From a virus (taxonomy: Duplodnaviria; Caudoviricetes): a stretch of DNA of 64,000 nucleotides. The translations under genes and the position numbers were made by a program. This document shows positions 57,880 to 64,000 of the stretch, one piece after another (positions within the stretch are counted from its first letter, which is position 1; every line of letters starts with the position of its first letter). The notes beneath the pieces were generated by a model, which searched no databases, was not told the origin of the DNA, and saw only the letters and a program-made list of their open reading frames with translations. The DNA is taken from IMG/VR virus record IMGVR_UViG_3300028591_000131, positions 39,185 to 103,184 of that record. One strand, 5' to 3'.

Positions 57880-58160
57880 CAAACGAAGAAAAAGCAAATG
57901 AGATTAGTGAGCAGTATTCGACAAGCCGTTATTTCCCGAATGACGAAGAATTAGCAGCTTATAGCGCCGCGATGCAAATGGCAGAATGGAAAGATAAACA
58001 GCATAGCGTTGCTTACGTTGTAACAAGTTGTGAGGAACATGATGACTACGTGGAAGAGGTATTCTTTGATATTGAAAAAGCCGAACAATATTGCGCAAAG
58101 TATAATAACAATGAAGATAGTTATCGCAGACATATAACAAAAGTAAATGTTATGTTATGA
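57876..58160 (+). CDS. Hypothetical protein
   Basis: 'MTNEEKA.EI...AAMQMAEWKD'. Confidence 0.65.
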   Translation: MTNEEKANEISEQYSTSRYFPNDEELAAYSAAMQMAEWKDKQHSVAYVVTSCEEHDDYVEEVFFDIEKAEQYCAKYNNNEDSYRRHITKVNVML

Positions 58161-58504
58161 CAAGAGAAGAACAAATAAAAGAAGCAGCTTACAAAAGATA
58201 TTGCAACGATTCGTCAGTAACTTTCGGTTTACAATGTAATTGTTTTGAGGAAGGTGCTAAATGGGCAGCAAAAGAGTTTGCTGATAAAGTAAAAAAAGTT
58301 TCAATTCGGTATAAATACAATCCAAACGTAACATTTAAGGAAATAAAAGAAATGATATATGATGCATTGTTTATGCAGCTTATTGAAATAATGAAACGTG
58401 ACGGATTTATTGAAATAAAAGAAACTCAGGAAGACAATATATCTACAATATTTATGTGTATAAACGTACTAAAAAACGATTTCAAAAAAGTAACGGAAGA
58501 ATAG
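58157..58504 (+). CDS. Hypothetical protein
   Basis: 'MTREEQIKEAA...FEEGAKWA'. Confidence 0.65.
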   Translation: MTREEQIKEAAYKRYCNDSSVTFGLQCNCFEEGAKWAAKEFADKVKKVSIRYKYNPNVTFKEIKEMIYDALFMQLIEIMKRDGFIEIKETQEDNISTIFMCINVLKNDFKKVTEE

Positions 58505-58506
58505 TT

Positions 58507-58893
58507 ATGACACAAGAAGAAAAACAATTATTGTTAAAAGACCTTTGTGCAAAGTTGCCGTATGGTGTAAAAGTAAAAATTGGATATCAATCACCCATTG
58601 TTCAGATAGTAGAGACAATTGGTAAGAATATAAGTGGTAAAGATTCTGTGAACGGATGGGATTTTGATAAAGTTGAAATTAAACCCTATCTCCGTCCAAT
58701 GTCCAGTATGACGGAGAAAGAAAAATGTGAATATTGTGATTTACAATATAAATTTCTTTGTAGTTCACAGTATCCAGTAACGGATGCTTATGATTTATTT
58801 GATTGGCTAAATGCCCACCACTTCGACTACCGTGGTCTGATTGAAAAAGGACTTGCTTTGGAAGCACCTGAAGGTATGTATGAAGTAAATTAG
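58507..58893 (+). CDS. Hypothetical protein (Bacteroidota phage family)
   Basis: 'MTQEEKQLLLKDLCAKLPYGVK...KPYLRPMSSMT...HHFDYRGLIEKGLALEAPEGMY'. Confidence 0.7.
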   Translation: MTQEEKQLLLKDLCAKLPYGVKVKIGYQSPIVQIVETIGKNISGKDSVNGWDFDKVEIKPYLRPMSSMTEKEKCEYCDLQYKFLCSSQYPVTDAYDLFDWLNAHHFDYRGLIEKGLALEAPEGMYEVN

Positions 58894-58918
58894 TATATCC
58901 ACGAATACACAAACTGGT

Positions 58919-59137
58919 ATGAACATAGTTAAGGAATACATACCTTCAATAGGTAATTGTAAGGTCTATGGTGATAAGATAGTCATACATAAGAGTGACC
59001 TTGAAAAGGCAGTCAAGATACTTAAAAGTGATCCAGATCCTTTTGACAGAGAGTATTTTATAGTGGGTAAGATAAGTTTGATTGAAGATATAATCTATGC
59101 TATAAAGAGGGGTATGAAAAATATAAGAGAGAAATAA
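58919..59137 (+). CDS. Hypothetical protein
   Basis: 72 aa. Confidence 0.5.
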   Translation: MNIVKEYIPSIGNCKVYGDKIVIHKSDLEKAVKILKSDPDPFDREYFIVGKISLIEDIIYAIKRGMKNIREK

Positions 59138-59178
59138 TCGTAAGTATATCTAATAATTAAAAAAGTTAATAAGAGAAT

Positions 59179-59940
59179 ATGAATGATATTATAGATTGGA
59201 CAACTAAATACCCCATTCTTAATTGGATGGGGTATAATTGGTGTCAGGATATGCCTGGTGGAGATAAAATGCATCCTGATATACCATATAGATATTATGG
59301 TAAAGATTCAGTATTAAAAACAGGAGATGATGTTTTACTTACTGTATTTAAATCTCCTTGTAATGTAAAAAGATGGGATAATAAAACGTATAATTGTAAA
59401 TATGCTTGTGGCCTAATTCGTTCTGAAGAGCCGTTTACATATGGTATATATACGTTAGATTGTATTTTGCCAAAAGGAAGAAATTTATTTTCATCTTTTT
59501 GGTTAACTAACGAAAAAACATGGCCACCTGAAATTGATATATTTGAAGGTTATCCGAATATTTTTGGTGGATATAAAACATTAAATGTACAACCTCATCG
59601 ATTTCCACCAAGAGCGGGTTATGCCATAGAAACAAATGTTCATTATGGAACAAATGATCATCTTCAAATAGGTCCGTGTGGATGTTCTACTGATATTCTT
59701 ATAAATCCAACAAGTGAAATAAATCGTTATACATTAATGTGGACACCGGAATATATACATATTAGCTATAATAATACTTTGGTTCGTTATATTGACGATA
59801 GAAGCAATTGTAAATTATTTCAACAATTAAATGAACACCCGTGGATGTATGTAATTATTAATAACGTCATTAATAAAAATAAAGACGTCGGATTACAAAT
59901 TCCATTTACATTAAAACATTTTAATTATACAAAATTATGA
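59179..59940 (+). CDS. Glycoside hydrolase family 16
   Basis: 'FTYG', 'SSFWL', 'WPPEIDIFEG' (E-x-D-x-x-E), 'YTLMWTPE.I'. Confidence 0.8.
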   Translation: MNDIIDWTTKYPILNWMGYNWCQDMPGGDKMHPDIPYRYYGKDSVLKTGDDVLLTVFKSPCNVKRWDNKTYNCKYACGLIRSEEPFTYGIYTLDCILPKGRNLFSSFWLTNEKTWPPEIDIFEGYPNIFGGYKTLNVQPHRFPPRAGYAIETNVHYGTNDHLQIGPCGCSTDILINPTSEINRYTLMWTPEYIHISYNNTLVRYIDDRSNCKLFQQLNEHPWMYVIINNVINKNKDVGLQIPFTLKHFNYTKL

Positions 59941-60149
59941 CAGTAGAAGAATTTTTAAAGGAAGTACCATATTCTGTAGGAATATCGAAATTAATTCCAA
60001 AAGACAAAATGATAGATGTCGTAGACGATTATCAAATTCAATTGATGCGATATTCTGGTGGACATTGGATAGAGATCAAAGATTTTTATGGTAATAATCT
60101 TCCAGAATTACTGGAAACGACTTTACAGTGGTGTAACGAAAATAAATAA
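59937..60149 (+). CDS. Hypothetical protein
   Basis: 70 aa. Confidence 0.5.
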   Translation: MTVEEFLKEVPYSVGISKLIPKDKMIDVVDDYQIQLMRYSGGHWIEIKDFYGNNLPELLETTLQWCNENK

Positions 60150-60153
60150 AAAT

Positions 60154-60657
60154 ATGCATATATGGGGAGACGAGTGGTTCAAAAAATATGGGAACCAATT
60201 TTACAAAGCAATTGAAGTATTTGAATACCGTATTCGGAAATGGGCTAAATGTGGTGTTTGTGGTAAAGAAAAGTTTGGTACTTACAGAGATGATTTCTTT
60301 CAAATGTGGGATGGTAGTTTATTGCAAATTTTATTTGGTTATAAAGCAGTATATCCTACAAAATTTGAATCTTTTATTTGGCACATAGATCATCATTTAA
60401 TACCTGGTAAAAAGAGCAAATTTGGCTGTATTTGGCACGGTTTAGCTGATTTAAATAAATGTATAGGGTTGACAAAATTAGTTCAAAAATGGCAAGCTAA
60501 ACGCTTAAATAAGGCAACTCAAATTACATGTAAAGAATATCCAGATGTGATTGATGAACTCTTAATGAACGTTTGCTTTTATAAATGTATTAAACCATGT
60601 AAATGGGGAGATGTTGACGGAGAAGTTATACACAAAAAGTATTGGAAAGCATTGTAG
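60154..60657 (+). CDS. Hypothetical protein
   Basis: Start trimmed to MHIWGD; 'KEKFG..R' motif. Confidence 0.6.
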   Translation: MHIWGDEWFKKYGNQFYKAIEVFEYRIRKWAKCGVCGKEKFGTYRDDFFQMWDGSLLQILFGYKAVYPTKFESFIWHIDHHLIPGKKSKFGCIWHGLADLNKCIGLTKLVQKWQAKRLNKATQITCKEYPDVIDELLMNVCFYKCIKPCKWGDVDGEVIHKKYWKAL

Positions 60658-60673
60658 TTAAAACTAAAAAGTT

Positions 60674-60949
60674 ATGGAAGAATTTAATATTAAAAAAGCA
60701 AAGAAGGGTTTTCCTGTATGTACTCGTGATGGTAGGAAAGTGCGCATTCTGTGTTTTGACCGAAAAACCTGTGAACCACAAGATAATGATCCGATTTTCC
60801 AGTTCAATGACGGGCATTGCATTGTTGCACTTGTGAGCGGTCACACCGGAAAATACGAAGAGGTTGAAACATATTTCCCGAATGGAATGAGATATAAACA
60901 TACAACCAGTTCGGACCTTATTATGAGCGAAAATTCATTTAATAAATAA
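60674..60949 (+). CDS. Hypothetical protein ('TRDGRKVRI' family)
   Basis: 'F....AKKG.PVCTRDGRKVRILCFDRK'. Confidence 0.65.
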   Translation: MEEFNIKKAKKGFPVCTRDGRKVRILCFDRKTCEPQDNDPIFQFNDGHCIVALVSGHTGKYEEVETYFPNGMRYKHTTSSDLIMSENSFNK

Positions 60950-60971
60950 AATTTTATATATAAATATAATT

Positions 60972-61006
60972 AAAAAGGGGAGCACTTCGGTGTTCCCCTT
61001 TTTTTT
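60972..61006. terminator. Bidirectional rho-independent terminator between convergent blocks
   Basis: A5-ggggagcac-TTCG-gtgttcccc-T8. Confidence 0.85.
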
Positions 61007-64000
61007 ATTCTTCGTTATCTTCCTCAAGTTTTTCTATTAAATTTTCCACCATACTTTTTTGGAAGAAATTGAACCTGTGATTATCCTGATCAATTTGCAC
61101 GAAATCTTTAATTTGTGAATATACAGGCAACATTCTCATTGTTGCAGCATATAGTCGACTATGTCCCTTGTATGGACCAGATTTAAGTATTTGATCATAG
61201 TTAGGAATGTTTCTAAAGAAATCTCCAAAATGTTGTAATGGTGATAATACAGCGGTTGGTGAAATAAGTATTTGCATACCATTTGATACTGGTCGAATAT
61301 ATGTAAACGCCTCAAGTTGTAATCTGCGCATTTGATAATATGCATGACGCATTGCCCATTCGTCGTTATCATCATCATCAAATCCACCAAATACAAAAAT
61401 AGAAAGTAACGTTATTGCAGCCATTAATCCAGCCTCCATACGTGTACGTCTTAAATTGGCTCTTTGATGTGGTGTTAAAGCTTTGTATGCAAGTGTCATA
61501 GCCGTACTCCAATCATTGAAACTTAATAACGCTGTAAGTAAATTTTGTTCTTTAGATTGACTAATTGCGTGTTTATTACAAATAATAGAAAATGCAGTTC
61601 TTAACGATGTAACATAATATCCTTCTTCTTGTTGATGTGTTACAAAACTGTATTTGCCATAACCTTTTCCTAAAGTTTTCCAACGTTTTTGGAATTGAGG
61701 AACAATATGTTTACGATATACTAACGCCAATCTACCAATTGAATACATTTGAGCTTCCGGTGAATTTTCAATGTTAAAAATACCGTGCATTTCATCATTT
61801 AACTTACCAATTAACCAACTAATATTCATCATTGTACCAGACCCAATAGATAAATCAAATTTATCTCCTTGTTCGGTAAACCAGCCCTGATATTCGGATT
61901 TTAACTCTAAGTGAGCGTCCACTTCAACACCATTTACAATTGTTGGAACACGTTTTACAGCATCTTTTAATGTAACAAACTCAGTGTTTATTATTTTTCC
62001 ATTATTATCGTATTGAACTGGGTTTTTATATAATTTATAATGATTTATAAACGATAACATTGTAACAGCTTGCATATTTGTTTCACCCATTTCCAACATA
62101 AATCCAGAATCAAATTCTCCAGCTAATTGACGTAATTTACCTTTATTTGATTGCTGTTCGCGAATTTTATTTTTCCAATTTTGTCCAGTATTTGTCAATT
62201 CAAACCACAAAGCAAGTTCTGAATTATTATATGGGGTATGATATTGAGCAATAAATTTAGGTAATAATTCTGTCCAATATTGTTTTGCAGCTTTTAAATA
62301 ATCTTTCCAGTTAAAGTATTCACCAGACGTCGTTTCAATAAACATCTGGTATTTACCATTAAAAAAGTTATTTAATGCTGAAAATCCATTGTAACCCAAA
62401 ATACTGAAAGATGTATATTTAATTAAATCGTCACACAACTTAGCAGTTGTTAAACTATCAGTCAAGTGTACACCTTGGTTTTTCAATATACTGTAAAACT
62501 GCATATCAATTAATGCTTCAACACGTTTGAATATGTTTGTGGCTTGTGTATAATATTCTTGAGGCATAGCACTTTCGTAATTTTTACGTTTAATGATTTC
62601 ATTAACACGTTTTTTCAAAGAACCTTTATAAATTTTACGAGCTTTATTTTGTTCTTTGATTAAATCAATAACATCAACCATTCGATGCATACCGCTATAG
62701 TTTTGAGCCATAATGTTAAATTCTCGTAAAGCCGTTGTTGAATCAATTGACAAATCTTCCATATCTTTATCAGCAAGTTTTTTTACAAAATACATAGGAA
62801 TGCGTTTATACGGCGTTTTATCAAAAGTATTAACACTGACTGCGGATTCTTCACGACTGTTTAGTTTGGTTTGTATACGCTCCCATAAAGGTTTATTAGT
62901 AGTGTTACCATATTCGTCATAATCTAATGCGTTACTAAAGTAACGACTACCAATTGTTTTAAAACCATGTAACAAACCATTCATAAGACCCGTTTGACTT
63001 GTAACAACAGCTTCACCGATACTACGCATGCGCATTTGAATGGCTAAATGTGGTTCTGTAGCGCCTTGTGGTAATAACCAACACAATTCTTCACGCAAAG
63101 CCATAAATTCATCATAATACATTTTTTGTGCAGCATTCAAATTGTTTATAGCGTTGGAAGAATAAAGATCTTTTCGTGGAACACGATATATTCTTTTGGG
63201 AGGTTCAGTTTGATTTTTTTTAGATTTATTCGTTAATTTGCGTACAATAACAAAATCTTCTGTATTTTCGGCTTCCCATTGTTTTATACCTTCTTCAATT
63301 AGTTCTTTAGCGTTTGGTTTGTCTTTATGTAAATCTTGTAAACGTGTATATTCACGATTATATGCAGCGTTATATGCAACATAATCCCTGTCACTGATAT
63401 AATAACCAGTTTTTTTACCATTTGGTGAAAACACATGCATAAAAGAAGTATCACTACTACCTGTCATAGCACGATATTTTTTATCTAGTGCTACAATACG
63501 ATGGTCAAATTCAATGGCTTTGCCACGAATGAATTCTTTTTGTTTTTGAATAAAGCGATCAACAACTTGAATGAATAAATCATTGGTTTCCTGTGCAGAA
63601 TTTAGCATACGATCAAACCAACTGATGTCACCCATTGATTCTTCAAGAATTTCAGTAAGAGTTACAATACGTTTTTCATTACCAACAATAGTTAATTCAA
63701 TTGTTTCATTTTCGTTGAAAAATGGTGCAAATGCTTGACGTAATAATGTTAATCGAATATCATCAATATCTTTTTTTGTTTCAAAAATAATCCTTTGAAC
63801 TTGTTCAACAACAGCAGCTGTTTCATTAGCTAATTTGTATACTTCATTCTCCGGATTATCTTTATGCGCATTCATTAAATCACGACACAACACTGCAATT
63901 TGATCAATTGGTTCTGAATAACACATAATTACATTCTTAACTTGTGTGACAGCATTGGCATTTTTGCACAGTTTACCAAATCCTACATATTGTGGACTTA
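61005..64000 (-). CDS. C-terminal part of a giant virion (ejection/cargo) protein, partial
   Basis: Frame stays open from 63926 to the window end; helical, late TM-like segment; size and position typical of crAss-like large virion proteins. Confidence 0.7.
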   Translation of the reverse strand, partial: SPQYVGFGKLCKNANAVTQVKNVIMCYSEPIDQIAVLCRDLMNAHKDNPENEVYKLANETAAVVEQVQRIIFETKKDIDDIRLTLLRQAFAPFFNENETIELTIVGNEKRIVTLTEILEESMGDISWFDRMLNSAQETNDLFIQVVDRFIQKQKEFIRGKAIEFDHRIVALDKKYRAMTGSSDTSFMHVFSPNGKKTGYYISDRDYVAYNAAYNREYTRLQDLHKDKPNAKELIEEGIKQWEAENTEDFVIVRKLTNKSKKNQTEPPKRIYRVPRKDLYSSNAINNLNAAQKMYYDEFMALREELCWLLPQGATEPHLAIQMRMRSIGEAVVTSQTGLMNGLLHGFKTIGSRYFSNALDYDEYGNTTNKPLWERIQTKLNSREESAVSVNTFDKTPYKRIPMYFVKKLADKDMEDLSIDSTTALREFNIMAQNYSGMHRMVDVIDLIKEQNKARKIYKGSLKKRVNEIIKRKNYESAMPQEYYTQATNIFKRVEALIDMQFYSILKNQGVHLTDSLTTAKLCDDLIKYTSFSILGYNGFSALNNFFNGKYQMFIETTSGEYFNWKDYLKAAKQYWTELLPKFIAQYHTPYNNSELALWFELTNTGQNWKNKIREQQSNKGKLRQLAGEFDSGFMLEMGETNMQAVTMLSFINHYKLYKNPVQYDNNGKIINTEFVTLKDAVKRVPTIVNGVEVDAHLELKSEYQGWFTEQGDKFDLSIGSGTMMNISWLIGKLNDEMHGIFNIENSPEAQMYSIGRLALVYRKHIVPQFQKRWKTLGKGYGKYSFVTHQQEEGYYVTSLRTAFSIICNKHAISQSKEQNLLTALLSFNDWSTAMTLAYKALTPHQRANLRRTRMEAGLMAAITLLSIFVFGGFDDDDNDEWAMRHAYYQMRRLQLEAFTYIRPVSNGMQILISPTAVLSPLQHFGDFFRNIPNYDQILKSGPYKGHSRLYAATMRMLPVYSQIKDFVQIDQDNHRFNFFQKSMVENLIEKLEEDNEE

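Noticed and set aside
31638-62922. Short antisense or alternate-frame ORFs within replication and accessory genes
   Set aside because: Shadow ORFs without recognisable motifs.
1-64000. Stop-codon reassignment (TAG or TGA) as seen in some crAss-like phages
   Set aside because: Core genes are full length in code 11, TAG and TGA both end tightly packed genes, and no suppressor tRNA was seen.

Overview
AT-rich segment of a crAss-like (Crassvirales) phage genome infecting Bacteroidota, in the standard genetic code. The left arm (1-22.5 kb, minus strand) is the virion morphogenesis module: tail/fibre proteins, auxiliary capsid, ring protein, major capsid, scaffold, holin/spanin-like, portal, terminase, GroES-like, HU-like, a phosphoesterase and a lysozyme-bearing cargo protein. 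After a strand switch at about 22.5 kb comes a plus-strand early/middle region rich in structured RNA: a twister ribozyme, two copies of an unnamed conserved RNA motif, tRNA-Leu(UAA) split by a 1160-nt group I intron encoding a LAGLIDADG endonuclease, further tRNA-flanking RNAs, tRNA-Ile(UAU) and tRNA-Gln(UUG). Replication and nucleotide genes follow: AAA ATPase, SSB-like, primase, PolB, DnaB-like, class II RNR with a second LAGLIDADG group I intron, ThyX and dUTPase. A phiEco32-type amide-ligase set (ATP-grasp, COOH-NH2 ligase, GAT-II, amidoligase, GGCT) is interleaved with them, followed by an RNA ligase, a GH16 and the C-terminus of a giant virion protein on the minus strand. All calls were made by eye from motifs and base pairing; no searches were run.
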